Source: an uncultured bacterium (GTDB taxonomy: Bacteria; Chloroflexota; UBA5177; JANWHV01). From it: 64,000 bases of DNA. The notes below the pieces were generated by a model that saw only the letters and a program-made list of their open reading frames with translations, ran no database searches and was not told the DNA's origin. The stretch is taken from positions 576,001 to 640,000 of the forward strand of contig CAWHAE010000016.1 of NCBI GenBank assembly GCA_963827235.1, written 5' to 3'. This document shows, piece by piece, positions 33,502 to 43,895 of the stretch. Every line of letters begins with the position of its first letter. The first letter of the stretch is position 1. The position numbers and the translations under genes are program-made.

Positions 33502-34773
33502 CTACCTCACCGCCAGCAGGCGGGCCAGGTGCTCAACGACCGCGCCGTCCGCCACCTGTTCTTCCGTATGGTTGAAAAGGTCCTTCACCTGCACTGTGCC
33601 GGCTGCAACCTCGTTCTCACCCAGGATGAGCGCGAAACGGGACTTGCTCTCGTTGGCAGCGCGCATCAGAGCCTTCAGACTGCGCCCGGGCGTGCCCACT
33701 CCGGTGACGATGCCGGCCTTGCGCAGTCGCTGTGCCAGCGGAAACGCGGCGCGTTGCCCGGCCTCGCCCGCGCCGATCGCGTACGCCTGATACCCGCAGC
33801 GATCGGGCGGGTCCACGCCTTCGTCCTGCAAGGTCTTGACGATGCGCTCGATACCGCTGGCAAAGCCTATACCGGGCGTCGGCCGGCCACCGATCATCTC
33901 GGCCAGGAGATCGTAGCGACCACCGGCACCCACCGTGCTCTGGCTGCCTTGCAAGGTCGGCCAGAATTCGAAGACGGTCTTCGTGTAGTAGTCGAACCCG
34001 CGCACAAGGGTAAAGTTGATCGTGTACGGCTCCAGGATGCTGTCCAGCGCGGCCAGCAGGGCGTGCCAGTGTCCACGGCACTCGTCGCACAGGTAATCGA
34101 TCATGTGTGGCGCGCCGGCCGCCATCTTCTGGCAGTACGGTTTCTTGCAGTCCAGTAGGCGCATAGGATTGCGCGATAATCGTTGCCTGCACTCCTCGCA
34201 CAGATCGTCGCGCAGCGGCTCGTAATACGCCCGCAAACGCTCGATATAGGCGGGCCTGCAGGTGCGGTCGCCGATAGAGTTCACCTGAAGGCTGAGGCGG
34301 TCGAGCCCAACCGCGCGGTAGATCTGCGCTGCCATGGCGATCAGCTCGGCGTCGACCTGGGGGCTCATGTCACCAAGGGCCTCGCAGCCGAACTGGTGGT
34401 GCTGCCGGAGCCGGCCCTCTTGCGGCTTCTCGTGCCGGAACGTGGGCTCTGCCAGATAGAACAGCTTCACGGGCTGCGGTAGCGTGAACATGCCGTGCTC
34501 GAGGTAGGCGCGGACGACGCCGGCGGTACCCTCCGGCTTCATGGTTACCGACGAACCGTCGCGATCCTCGAAGGTGTACATCTCCTTCTGCACGATGTCC
34601 GTGACTTCGCCAACGCCGCGCGCAAACAACGCGGTCGGCTCCAGGATCGGCGTGCTTATGCGCTGGTAGCCGTATAGCCTGGCGGTCTGGCGCGCACTCT
34701 CCAGGACCGCATCCCATGCCGGCCACGCGTCCGGCAAAAGGTCGCGCATGCCCTTCAGGGCTTGGAAACTCAC
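33502..34773 (-). CDS. hisS: histidine--tRNA ligase
   Basis: KEMYTF, PEGTAG, GRLRQHHQFG, LVRGFDYY, GGRYD. The C-terminal anticodon-binding domain is present, so this is not HisZ. Confidence 0.95.
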   Translation of the reverse strand: MSFQALKGMRDLLPDAWPAWDAVLESARQTARLYGYQRISTPILEPTALFARGVGEVTDIVQKEMYTFEDRDGSSVTMKPEGTAGVVRAYLEHGMFTLPQPVKLFYLAEPTFRHEKPQEGRLRQHHQFGCEALGDMSPQVDAELIAMAAQIYRAVGLDRLSLQVNSIGDRTCRPAYIERLRAYYEPLRDDLCEECRQRLSRNPMRLLDCKKPYCQKMAAGAPHMIDYLCDECRGHWHALLAALDSILEPYTINFTLVRGFDYYTKTVFEFWPTLQGSQSTVGAGGRYDLLAEMIGGRPTPGIGFASGIERIVKTLQDEGVDPPDRCGYQAYAIGAGEAGQRAAFPLAQRLRKAGIVTGVGTPGRSLKALMRAANESKSRFALILGENEVAAGTVQVKDLFNHTEEQVADGAVVEHLARLLAVR

Positions 34774-34917
34774 AGACGGCATCCTTCCTGCCAGGTTCAG
34801 GGGCGGCGGCGCAGGCGCCACACCATGGGTAGGCGCGATCGGCGATGCTTGCCGTATCGATAGTGTAACGCATCCATGGCGCCGCTCAGGGGGGCGCCGG
34901 ATGTTCGCGGTTCGAGG

Positions 34918-35193
34918 CTAGTGCAGCTGAGAGGCGATCAGGTTGCCGACGAACTGGATCAGCAGCATGGCCACCAGCGGCGAGACGTCGATACTTCCGA
35001 TCGGCGGGATGATGCGCCGCAACGGCGCTATGACCGGCTCGGTGACATCGTCTAGCAGCCTGCCCGGGCCGGACGCGCGCGTGTCGACGGCAAACCAGCT
35101 CAGGCACGCTCGCAGCAGAATGGCCAGAAACAGGATATTGCTTGTAACGAGGATGAACTCAGCGATGAACTGCCCGGTTGTGACATTGCTCAT
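34918..35193 (-). CDS. yggT: YggT family membrane protein
   Basis: TEPVIAPLRRIIPPIGSIDVSPL; adjacent to yggS. Confidence 0.88.
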   Translation of the reverse strand: MSNVTTGQFIAEFILVTSNILFLAILLRACLSWFAVDTRASGPGRLLDDVTEPVIAPLRRIIPPIGSIDVSPLVAMLLIQFVGNLIASQLH

Positions 35194-35924
35194 GGGTTCC
35201 CGCCAGTCGCTAGGGCGGCCCGCTCGCCGAAGATGGCGCGTCCAACCCTGATATGCGTTGCCCCTTCCTCGATGGCAATCTCGAAGTCGTTGGTCATCCC
35301 CATCGAGAGAGAGTCCCAGGCCGCGCGGTCGAAGGTCGAAGTCAGCTCTTCACGAAGCAACCGCGCGCTCGCAAAGATCGCGTGCAGCTCACGCGTGGTG
35401 GCCTCCTCGGGAGCGACCGTCATCAGGCCCCGCCAGCGAAGGAAGGGTATCCCCGCCAACGTGCCGGCGCAATCTCGCAAGCCGGCGGGACTGAACCCAA
35501 ATTTGGAGCGCTCTCCGCTCGTGTTCACCTCTGCAAAAACGTCGACGGATCGCCCAAGTACTGCCGCCTCCCGTCCCACGATCAGGGCCAGGTCCACGGA
35601 GTCAATCGAATGGATGGCACCGCTCACGCGCACCGCTTTCCTCGCCTTGTTGCGCTGCAGATGCCCTATGAGATGCCACCGGCAGACAGCACGATCCTGC
35701 AGGGCTGCCACTCGCTGGACGAGATCCTGAACGCGGTTCTCCCCGAAATCGCGGACGCCGGCCGCCAGCGCGCCGGCGACCGCGTCGAGGGCTACCATCT
35801 TGCTCACGGCGATCAGGGTTACCGTCCCGGCGTCACGACCCGTGCCGCTCGCCGCACGGGCGATGCGCTGACGAACAGTATCCACGCGATCCTGAATTGA
35901 GACTGGAGCGGCGACGGCGTTCAC
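35190..35924 (-). CDS. yggS: pyridoxal phosphate homeostasis protein
   Basis: IAVSK, FGENRVQ, WHLIGHLQRNK, LSMGMTNDF, IRVGRAIFG. Confidence 0.95.
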   Translation of the reverse strand: MNAVAAPVSIQDRVDTVRQRIARAASGTGRDAGTVTLIAVSKMVALDAVAGALAAGVRDFGENRVQDLVQRVAALQDRAVCRWHLIGHLQRNKARKAVRVSGAIHSIDSVDLALIVGREAAVLGRSVDVFAEVNTSGERSKFGFSPAGLRDCAGTLAGIPFLRWRGLMTVAPEEATTRELHAIFASARLLREELTSTFDRAAWDSLSMGMTNDFEIAIEEGATHIRVGRAIFGERAALATGGNP

Positions 35925-36011
35925 ATGTTCAGTGTAGCATAGCACCGCGACCGGCCCTCTTGACTGCCGACGCTGGGACTGATTAGCGTGGAGGGTAGTA
36001 AGGAGACTCTC

Positions 36012-38462
36012 ATGGCATCTTGGGTGCGCGGAGCAGGATCGGCCGCGGCGGCGGCAACGATCGCCGGCCTTGGCGCCGGCGGAATAAGGCGTTTGGTGGC
36101 GGGCTCGCTGCCCGTCACGGTTGGCACGATAACCGTGCCGGGATTACACGGCGTGGTCACCATCGACCGCGATGCCTGGGGCATTCCGCGTATCGTCGCT
36201 TCCGACCTGAGCGACCTGCACTTCGCCAACGGGATTGTCCACGCCCAAGACCGGTTGTGGCAGCTCGAGCTGCTCCGGCGAGTGGGTGCCGGCACGCTCT
36301 CCGAGCTGTTCGGCGAGCGCACCTTGCAGGCCGACAGGCTCATGCGTCGCGTCGGGCTGCGGCGGGTAGCAGAGCGTGAGGAGGCGCTGCTCTCACCGGC
36401 TACTCGCGCGGCATACGAGGCCTACGCGCGCGGCGTGACATTTGGACTCCACGGATCACGTCGAAGAATGCCGGTCGAGTTCGAGCTAGTCCGCTTCTTC
36501 CGCCCGCCCATGCTCCGCTGGCATCCCGCACCCTGGAGCGTCGTGGATAGCCTCCTGGTCGGCAAGGTGCTCGCCTTCGGCCTGAGCTCCAACTGGACCA
36601 GCGAGGTCGTTCGCGCTTCGCTGGTAGGAAAAGTGGGATCGGTGAAAGCGGCGGCTCTGGAGCCCTGGGCGGGGACCAGACACCCAATCGTTGTGCCTGG
36701 AGAGCTCGCCTCGCCGCTGCTGGCATCGAGTCTGTTCGACGCATACGCCGAGCTCGAGCCGTTTCTCGCCGGCATAGGGATCGGCCGGGGCGGATTCAGC
36801 AACAGCTGGGTAGTCGACGGCACCAGAACCGCTTCCGGCAAGCCGCTGTTGGCCAACGACCCGCACCTGGGCATCCAGATGCCGTCGACATGGTATGAGC
36901 TCGAGCTTTCCGGCCCGGACCTTGAGGTCGCAGGCGCCGGGCTACCAGGAACGCCCGGGGTGCTGATCGGTCGGAACGAGCACATCAGCTGGGGTATCAC
37001 TGCGTCCTTCATCGACACCCAGGACCTGGTGATCGAGCAGGTCAATCCGGACGCACCGACCCAGTACCTGTTCGAGGGTACGTGGCGCGATGGGACGCTT
37101 GTGCATGAGCGCATCGGGGTCCGCGGCAGGTCGTTCCCGGTCGTCGAACACGTCCTGATCACGCAGCACGGCCCCATAGTTGCTCCGGCAATCGACGGCG
37201 GTGGGCGGGCGCTGGCTCTGCGATGGACCGCTCTTGAGCCGGGAACGGTCGCTGAGGCCGCGCAGGCCATCAATCGTGTCCGGGACTGGGATGAGTTCGT
37301 AGCGGCATTGCGACTGTGGACCAGCCCGCCGATGTGCTTCGTCTTCGCGCACGTCGACGGCGACATCGGGCAGTATGCCGCCGGAGAAGTGCCCATCCGC
37401 TCCAAGGGCGACGGGACCCTGCCTGTGCCCGGCTGGACAGGAGAATACGAGTGGACGGGGCGTGTGCCCTTGGAAGCCCTGCCCCACTCGTACAATCCCA
37501 GCACCCACCAGATCGTCGCGGCCAACAACCGGCTGGTGGGGACGAGCTACCCGTACATTTTGGGCCACGAATGGCTGCCGGGCTACCGCGCTCGCCGCAT
37601 CTGCGACCTTCTGGAAGGCAGGAGCAACCTGACCGTGGAGGATTTCCGCCGCATCCAGCTTGACCTCTATTCACTGTCCGGACACGAGGCGGCCGAGATT
37701 CTATCCGCCGTCCAGCCGGCAAACGCGGTCGAGGGCAGCGCTCTGGCCAGCATCCGAGAGTGGGACGGTTACCTCACCGCGGATTCGGTGGGCGGCTGCA
37801 TCGCGCTGACCTTCCAGCATCACCTGTTGCGCGCCGTGTTCGAGCCCGTGCTCGGCGACTTAACGGAGACGTATCTCGGCACCGGATCTTCGCCAAGCGT
37901 GCCGCGTAACGGGTTCTTCTCGCGGGCGATTCCGTTCGTCTACGACCTGGTCCGGCGCCACGACGACGGCTGGTTCCAGCGGCTGGGCGCACGCGGCACG
38001 TCGTGGGACGGCGTGATTCGCCGGGCCCTCACCGATACACTGACATTCTTGACAGCGCGGTTGGGGCAGGACATGGACGCCTGGCGGTGGGGTCGGCTCA
38101 ATCAACTTGGGTTCCAGCACGTCCTGGGCTCGAAGCCGCCGCTGTCGCGCTGGTTGAACCGCGGCCCCGTGGAGATGGGTGGAGACGACAATACCGTGGC
38201 CGCCGCTTGCCTGCCCCTGCACAGCCCGTTCGACACGAACGGGTGGGCCGCGTCGTACAGACAGATCGTAGACATGGGCGATCTGTCGCGATCGATCTCG
38301 ATGCACACCACCGGTCAGTCCGGTCAAGCAGCCAGCGAGCACTACGACGACATGCTCGAGGCCTGGCGGGAGGGACGCTACCACCCCATGTCCCTTCCGG
38401 TGGGCGACGTGCGGCGCGAGCTGGGTGGCCGCCTCGTGCTCGAGCCAGCTCCTCGCACCTGA
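36012..38462 (+). CDS. penicillin acylase family Ntn hydrolase (S45)
   Basis: RDAWGIPRI, AQDRLWQ, nucleophile SNSWVV, LANDPHL, GQSG. Confidence 0.93.
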   Translation: MASWVRGAGSAAAAATIAGLGAGGIRRLVAGSLPVTVGTITVPGLHGVVTIDRDAWGIPRIVASDLSDLHFANGIVHAQDRLWQLELLRRVGAGTLSELFGERTLQADRLMRRVGLRRVAEREEALLSPATRAAYEAYARGVTFGLHGSRRRMPVEFELVRFFRPPMLRWHPAPWSVVDSLLVGKVLAFGLSSNWTSEVVRASLVGKVGSVKAAALEPWAGTRHPIVVPGELASPLLASSLFDAYAELEPFLAGIGIGRGGFSNSWVVDGTRTASGKPLLANDPHLGIQMPSTWYELELSGPDLEVAGAGLPGTPGVLIGRNEHISWGITASFIDTQDLVIEQVNPDAPTQYLFEGTWRDGTLVHERIGVRGRSFPVVEHVLITQHGPIVAPAIDGGGRALALRWTALEPGTVAEAAQAINRVRDWDEFVAALRLWTSPPMCFVFAHVDGDIGQYAAGEVPIRSKGDGTLPVPGWTGEYEWTGRVPLEALPHSYNPSTHQIVAANNRLVGTSYPYILGHEWLPGYRARRICDLLEGRSNLTVEDFRRIQLDLYSLSGHEAAEILSAVQPANAVEGSALASIREWDGYLTADSVGGCIALTFQHHLLRAVFEPVLGDLTETYLGTGSSPSVPRNGFFSRAIPFVYDLVRRHDDGWFQRLGARGTSWDGVIRRALTDTLTFLTARLGQDMDAWRWGRLNQLGFQHVLGSKPPLSRWLNRGPVEMGGDDNTVAAACLPLHSPFDTNGWAASYRQIVDMGDLSRSISMHTTGQSGQAASEHYDDMLEAWREGRYHPMSLPVGDVRRELGGRLVLEPAPRT

Positions 38463-38548
38463 CCGTAGACACCTGCTGCCTGCTACCGGCTTGGTAATGG
38501 GTGCGCCGCGGGGGAAGGTCGACCCGGTTATCAGCCGCCTCCGCCGCT

Positions 38549-39439
38549 CTAGCTCCGTAGCGAGGCGACGAAGGCGGCGAGGCTCTCGCCGCCGGATACT
38601 CTGATTCGTTGTAGCTCGAAAGGATCCCGCGCATCCTGCCGGCTCGTGGTCAGCGGTCCGTCGAGCAGAGCGCCCACGTAGCCGTACTGTGGCATCAGCG
38701 ACAGCACGAGCTGTTCCTGCGCAACGTCGCCGCGGGCGAATGGCTGTCCGGACGGATAGGCCAGAAACTGCACGGGTACCGACAGCTCCTGCTGCAGGAC
38801 GTTGCGAGAATCGCGAAGCTCGAAGCGAATCTTGACCTCGGTCAGCAGCCCAAGGTCCTGGTGGTCGACAGTGTGCGAACCGATCTCCATACCGGCAGCG
38901 ACCAGAGCCTTGAGTTGGGTCCAGCTCATGTAGCTGTTCACACCGAGGGTCAGTCCCACATAGCTGCTGATGATGTTGAACTCGCCGTGCACGTGATTCC
39001 TGCGCAGGAGCGGTAGAGCGTCGGTGTAGTTGTCGAGGTAGCCGTCGTCGAACGTAAGCACGACCGGCTTACTCGGCAGTCGGGCGCCGAGGACGAGCGC
39101 GGAGAAGACCTGCGTGAGGCCGATCACGTGAAAGCCATGGGCTCGGAGATAGGCAAGCTGGGCCTGGAAGTTCTGGTCGGTTACGGTCAGCCCGTAGTTG
39201 AGCGCCGTCGCCGGCGGCAGAGAGCTCACGTGGTGATACATCAGGATCGGAATAGAAAGCACTCTGTTAGGCAGCACGGCGGGAAGCCTGAGCAGGTGCT
39301 TGGCAGGCACGCCCGCTGCCGCGCCGTCCCGTGAGGCGGCAGCCTGCAGTGCCGGTACTCCCGCAGCCTGCACCAGTAACACGAGGGCGGCCACCATGAT
39401 CGCCCGCACAAGGGCTGTCCACCTGTTGCCCCGCATCAC
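38549..39439 (-). CDS. secreted polysaccharide deacetylase (CE4)
   Basis: PILMYHH, LTFDDGY, IGSHTVDH, AYPSG; signal peptide. Confidence 0.9.
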   Translation of the reverse strand: MMRGNRWTALVRAIMVAALVLLVQAAGVPALQAAASRDGAAAGVPAKHLLRLPAVLPNRVLSIPILMYHHVSSLPPATALNYGLTVTDQNFQAQLAYLRAHGFHVIGLTQVFSALVLGARLPSKPVVLTFDDGYLDNYTDALPLLRRNHVHGEFNIISSYVGLTLGVNSYMSWTQLKALVAAGMEIGSHTVDHQDLGLLTEVKIRFELRDSRNVLQQELSVPVQFLAYPSGQPFARGDVAQEQLVLSLMPQYGYVGALLDGPLTTSRQDARDPFELQRIRVSGGESLAAFVASLRS

Positions 39440-40000
39440 GTTCTCTCCAGTAATCGCCGAGCGTCTGTAGTACGGCTACGCGCGCCTTCCTTTTCGTCGC
39501 GCCGTGGCGTTGGTCGCAACAAAGCTAGCCTCCCGGCGGCGGTCCGTCCAAAGCCATACTATCATATGCCCGGCTTCGCCCCGATAAGCACCCTGTGTGC
39601 GAGCGATAGAGTGGTACTTCGCATGATGGCGCGGATGTCGTACCATCAGGGAATAGGAGGCTACTTCCCATCGTGTATGGGCGGGCGGAGGCCCAATCGC
39701 AGCCGGCGGGGCAGGAACACTCGTCAGGGGCGCGACGACGGCGGCGGCGTGAAGCGTGCCGGAGAGTTGCCCAGAGTAGTGCTCCGGTCGGGGCGATTGG
39801 CCGCTGTAGGTGCTCATCGGGCATGGTGGGACAGGGGACAAGCATGTTGGGCGGGAAGGGTTTGTCGCACAGACCAGAGCGTTAGGCACGCGGGGCGCCT
39901 GGCGGCGCCATTCATTGGCAACAGGACGTGACGGACTGGTGGGGCTTGTTGGTATGTGCGTGATTCCAGACGCTGCTTGTTCAGTGGAAGCGGCTCGGCC

Positions 40001-41590
40001 ATGAGCACTGTCCGCTGCCCTTCCTGCGGCGCCCTCGCCGGCCCTTCGATGTACTGCGGCACGTGCGGCATGCGGCTCGTGCGTGACCAGCCGCCACCGG
40101 CGCCACCAAAGGTATCCGTGGCTACGCAGAGCTTCCTGCCCCTCGAGCCTGGCACGGTCCTGAGCGGCCGCTATCGCATCGTGGAAGCCATCGCCGCCGG
40201 CTCCATGGGCGCGGTGTACCGCGCCGAGGACATGCGCATCGGTGGACGTCCCCGCGCGCTGAAGGAACTGCTGCAGAACTCGGGCACGCCGCAGGAACGG
40301 GCCGAGGCAGAAACGTGGTTTCGCCGCGAAGGCGATACCCTGATGAGCTTGCAGCATCCGGCTATCCCGCAAATCCACGACACGTTCAGCGAAGGCATGC
40401 GCCATTACCTGGTCATGGACCTGGTGGACGGCCGTTCGCTCGAACAAGTCATCCTGGAAGAGGGCACCCCGGGACTGCCCGAGCAGCAAGTAGTGGGCTG
40501 GGCAGATCAGGTGCTCGAGGTGCTGAGCTACCTGCACGGCAGAACAGACCCGCTGATCTTCCGCGACCTCAAGCCCGCAAACCTCATGCTGACGACGCAG
40601 GGCCAGGTTCGCCTCATCGACTTCGGCATTGCCCGTGTCTTTACTCAACAGGCGCTCGGCACGGCTATCGGCACACCGGGCTACGCGCCGCCCGAACAGT
40701 ACCAGGGACTTGCCGAGCCGGCGAGCGACCTATATGCGCTGGGTGCTACGATGCACCATCTGCTTACGGGTCGCGACCCGCGCAAGAATCGCCCGTTCGA
40801 CTTCCCGCCCGTGCGCACGCTGGCGCCCGAGACTAGCCCCCAGGTGGCGGCGGCGGTAGACCGTTCGGTAGCGCTGGATCCGCGCGCTCGCCACGGCACT
40901 GCCGCCGAGATGCGGCGTGCTCTGCACGCCGGCGCACTGACCGAGACGTCACCCCTTACCATCTCTGGCTCCCTGGCGCGCTCGCATACGGGCTCCGGGG
41001 TAATGCCTGGCGCAGCGTTCAGAGGCCAGGTTGCGCCGGTGGTCAACTCAGCGGATGGCGGTGCGGTGCACGTGAGCTACCGCAGCATACGACTCCGGCC
41101 CAGCGACCTGGCGATCGCCTGCGCGAACAACGTCGTACGCTCGAGCATCGACCGTCGCACGGTTCGCATCAAGAACCGGACGGGTACTCGCCTGCTCTGC
41201 ACGTTCGATGCTGACGTTCCCTGGCTCCGGCCCGACCGCCCGGCCGCGTGGTTGGAGCCGCGGGATAGGCTGGACCTTACGGTCGGGCTGATGTGGCAGA
41301 ACCCCCCGCCCGGGATTCACCACGGTGCCGTACGCGTACATGGCGGAGGGAACACGTGGAGCGTACCCGTCAGCCTCACGGTGCGCGACCAGGATTCCAT
41401 GGCTCTGCAGAGGCTGGTGATTCCTCTCGGCAACGTCGCCATGCTATGCTTCTCCGTGGGCCTGCTTGCCATGATGTTCTCGTGGCTGGGCATGGCGACG
41501 GTACCGTTCAACGTAGCCTGGAATCTGATCGTGATTGGGCTTGTGGCGCGGGTCTTGCTGAAGGTCGTCCGTGGCGGGATCGGGCACTAG
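40001..41590 (+). CDS. Ser/Thr protein kinase with N-terminal zinc ribbon, Ig/BACON-like domain and C-terminal TM helices
   Basis: CPSCG/CGTCG, GSMGAVY, FRDLKPAN, DFG, GTPGYAPPE. Confidence 0.92.
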   Translation: MSTVRCPSCGALAGPSMYCGTCGMRLVRDQPPPAPPKVSVATQSFLPLEPGTVLSGRYRIVEAIAAGSMGAVYRAEDMRIGGRPRALKELLQNSGTPQERAEAETWFRREGDTLMSLQHPAIPQIHDTFSEGMRHYLVMDLVDGRSLEQVILEEGTPGLPEQQVVGWADQVLEVLSYLHGRTDPLIFRDLKPANLMLTTQGQVRLIDFGIARVFTQQALGTAIGTPGYAPPEQYQGLAEPASDLYALGATMHHLLTGRDPRKNRPFDFPPVRTLAPETSPQVAAAVDRSVALDPRARHGTAAEMRRALHAGALTETSPLTISGSLARSHTGSGVMPGAAFRGQVAPVVNSADGGAVHVSYRSIRLRPSDLAIACANNVVRSSIDRRTVRIKNRTGTRLLCTFDADVPWLRPDRPAAWLEPRDRLDLTVGLMWQNPPPGIHHGAVRVHGGGNTWSVPVSLTVRDQDSMALQRLVIPLGNVAMLCFSVGLLAMMFSWLGMATVPFNVAWNLIVIGLVARVLLKVVRGGIGH

Positions 41591-42758
41591 CGTTCGTCGC
41601 TTGGTGGTCAAGCTGGGCAGCAACCTGCTGGCCGACCAACGCGGCGAGCTGCTTTACTCGGCGATGAGCGGGCTGGTGGATCAGCTCGCGGAGTTGCACC
41701 GCTCCGGCACCGAAGTAGCGGTCGTCTCGTCTGGAGCGGTTGCAGCGGCACGCGGGCGTTTCTCCGACCTCCGTGACAGGCCAGACCTGCCGGCAAAGCA
41801 AGTGTTGGCAGCGATAGGTCAAGTCCGGCTCATGCAGCTCTACGACCGCTGCTTTAACGATCACGGCATTCCGGTCGCTCAAGCGCTGCTCGCACCGGGT
41901 GACCTGGGCAGGCGGCGCAGTTACCTGAATGCACGCAGCACATTGCTCGGTCTGCTGCGCAACCGAGTATTGCCGATCATCAACGAGAACGACGTGGTGG
42001 CCACGGACGAGCTGAAGTTCGGCGACAACGACACGCTATCTGCCGTCGTCGCAGGATTGATCGATGCCGACCTGCTGCTCATCCTCACCGACATTGCCGG
42101 CCTGTTCACTGCCGACCCGCGGCGCGACCCGGCGGCAACCTTGATGCGCGAAGTGCCGAAAGTCACGGCACGCGTCGAGCGTCTGGCCGGAGGTGCCGGC
42201 TCGAAACACGGCACGGGAGGCATGATAACCAAGCTCCGGGCCGCTCGCCTTGCAACGTCGGCAGGCATTGCCACCGTTATCGCCGACGGTCGCGCCGAGC
42301 ATGCGATCCGGGATGCGATCGCGGGCGAGATCGGGACGCGATTTCAGGCAGGTGGAGACCGCCTGGACGCGCGGCGCCGATGGCTGCGCGCACACGTCGG
42401 GGGCAAAGGCGCGCTCGTGGTGGACGACGGGGCCTCGCGGGCCTTGCGCTTCCTGGGAAGCAGCCTGCTGCCGATCGGCGTGGTCGATGTGCTCGGCAGA
42501 TTCGAGCAGGGCGACACCGTGGAGGTGCAGGACCTTCACGGGCACGCGGTGGCATACGGCGTCTCGAACTATGCGTCGCCCGACGCACACAAAATCATGC
42601 GCAGCCACTCCGACTGCATTCGCGCCACGCTGGGCTACTCACACGGAGACGAGCTCATTCATCGCGACAATCTGGTAGTGCTCACGGCGGACGGCGATGA
42701 GATCACCTTGGACCCGGACCAGTCAAGGCTCGCGTCCGGAGCTCCGGCACCGGCATAG
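41571..42758 (+). CDS. proB: glutamate 5-kinase with PUA domain
   Basis: VVKLGS, SSGAV, INENDVV, GDNDTLS, GTGGMITK, SLLPIGV. Confidence 0.96.
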   Translation: MAGSGTSVRRLVVKLGSNLLADQRGELLYSAMSGLVDQLAELHRSGTEVAVVSSGAVAAARGRFSDLRDRPDLPAKQVLAAIGQVRLMQLYDRCFNDHGIPVAQALLAPGDLGRRRSYLNARSTLLGLLRNRVLPIINENDVVATDELKFGDNDTLSAVVAGLIDADLLLILTDIAGLFTADPRRDPAATLMREVPKVTARVERLAGGAGSKHGTGGMITKLRAARLATSAGIATVIADGRAEHAIRDAIAGEIGTRFQAGGDRLDARRRWLRAHVGGKGALVVDDGASRALRFLGSSLLPIGVVDVLGRFEQGDTVEVQDLHGHAVAYGVSNYASPDAHKIMRSHSDCIRATLGYSHGDELIHRDNLVVLTADGDEITLDPDQSRLASGAPAPA

Positions 42759-42879
42759 ATCCAGGGCGTTTGCCGGCAAGTGATCGCGATCGCGGGTCGT
42801 GATCCGGGTCCGCGCTGTCGATCCAGTGCTCAAGCCGCCAGTTGACGGTGGATCGTGCGTCAGGTATGTGTGTATCAGC

Positions 42880-43878
42880 ATGGTAAACGAGCGCGCTCTG
42901 GCAGAAGGCTACATTGACGGGTATGCGAAGCTTGGCCTCTACCCAATCAGGGTGGTGGCCAAGATGACAGGCATCAACGTTCACACGCTTCGAGCGTGGG
43001 AGCGGCGCTATGGCGTGCCGAGGCCCTCGCGCACGGCAGGTACGCACCGCCTGTACGACGCGGGCGACATCGCGATCATCCGTCGCGTTCAGGAGCTCAC
43101 TCTGAGTGGTCTGACTCCGGGAAGAGCTTGCGCGTACGTGATTGCTGAAGCGTCCGAGAACCAGGCTGTCGTGGAGATCGAGCCGCAGCCGGTCCCCGAC
43201 CGAGGTTGCGAGCTGTGCGGTGCCCTGGTGCGCTCATTCATCGAGCTGAACGAGGACACCGCGGGCCGCATCCTCGTCGAGCTGACCCAACTGCTCGGTC
43301 CGGAGGGAGCGCTGGTGGACGTCCTCCTGCCCAGCCTTGCCGAGATCGGTACCGCTTGGGAAGAAGGGCGGGCCTCGATAGCTGCCGAGCACTTCGCCAG
43401 CGCGGTGGTGCGGTCGTGGCTCGTCTCGAACTTCGACGGTGCGGCCAAGGGCGATGGGAGGCTGGTGGCGCTGGTAGGCGCAGCACCCGGCGAGCAGCAT
43501 GAGATTCCGCCGCTGGCCCTGACAATGCTGCTACGGAGACGCGGCTGGCATGTCCTGTTTCTCGGTGCGGGAATGCCGTTTGAGGATCTCTCTGATGCCA
43601 TCGTGCGCAAACGCCCGCAGCTCGTTTGCCTCTCGGCCAATACGACGGCGTCCGTGCCCGGCCTCGTAGACGTCCTCTTGCAGCTCCGTTGCCTCCCCGA
43701 AGCCGGCTCGGTGATCCTTACGTACGGCGGCTCGCCTTTCACGGCCAGCGCTCACCTGCGGGATCCCCTGGAAGGCATTGCTACGTACCTCGGGGACGAC
43801 CTGCGAACGGCAGCGGACGTAGCAGGCTCGCTGCTCGAGCAACGCGCCGCCAGCCTGGCCGCCGCCGAGCTGGATTGA
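42880..43878 (+). CDS. MerR-family B12-binding regulator (CarH/LitR-like)
   Basis: HTLRAWERRYG, W-x9-EH (WEEGRASIAAEH), GEQHE. Confidence 0.9.
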   Translation: MVNERALAEGYIDGYAKLGLYPIRVVAKMTGINVHTLRAWERRYGVPRPSRTAGTHRLYDAGDIAIIRRVQELTLSGLTPGRACAYVIAEASENQAVVEIEPQPVPDRGCELCGALVRSFIELNEDTAGRILVELTQLLGPEGALVDVLLPSLAEIGTAWEEGRASIAAEHFASAVVRSWLVSNFDGAAKGDGRLVALVGAAPGEQHEIPPLALTMLLRRRGWHVLFLGAGMPFEDLSDAIVRKRPQLVCLSANTTASVPGLVDVLLQLRCLPEAGSVILTYGGSPFTASAHLRDPLEGIATYLGDDLRTAADVAGSLLEQRAASLAAAELD

Positions 43879-43895
43879 GCCTGTCGTTGGCAGGC

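Noticed and set aside
33502-34773. HisZ rather than HisS, given the his operon context
   Set aside because: The protein is full length, with the anticodon-binding domain and the HisRS motifs LVRGFDYY and GGRYD.
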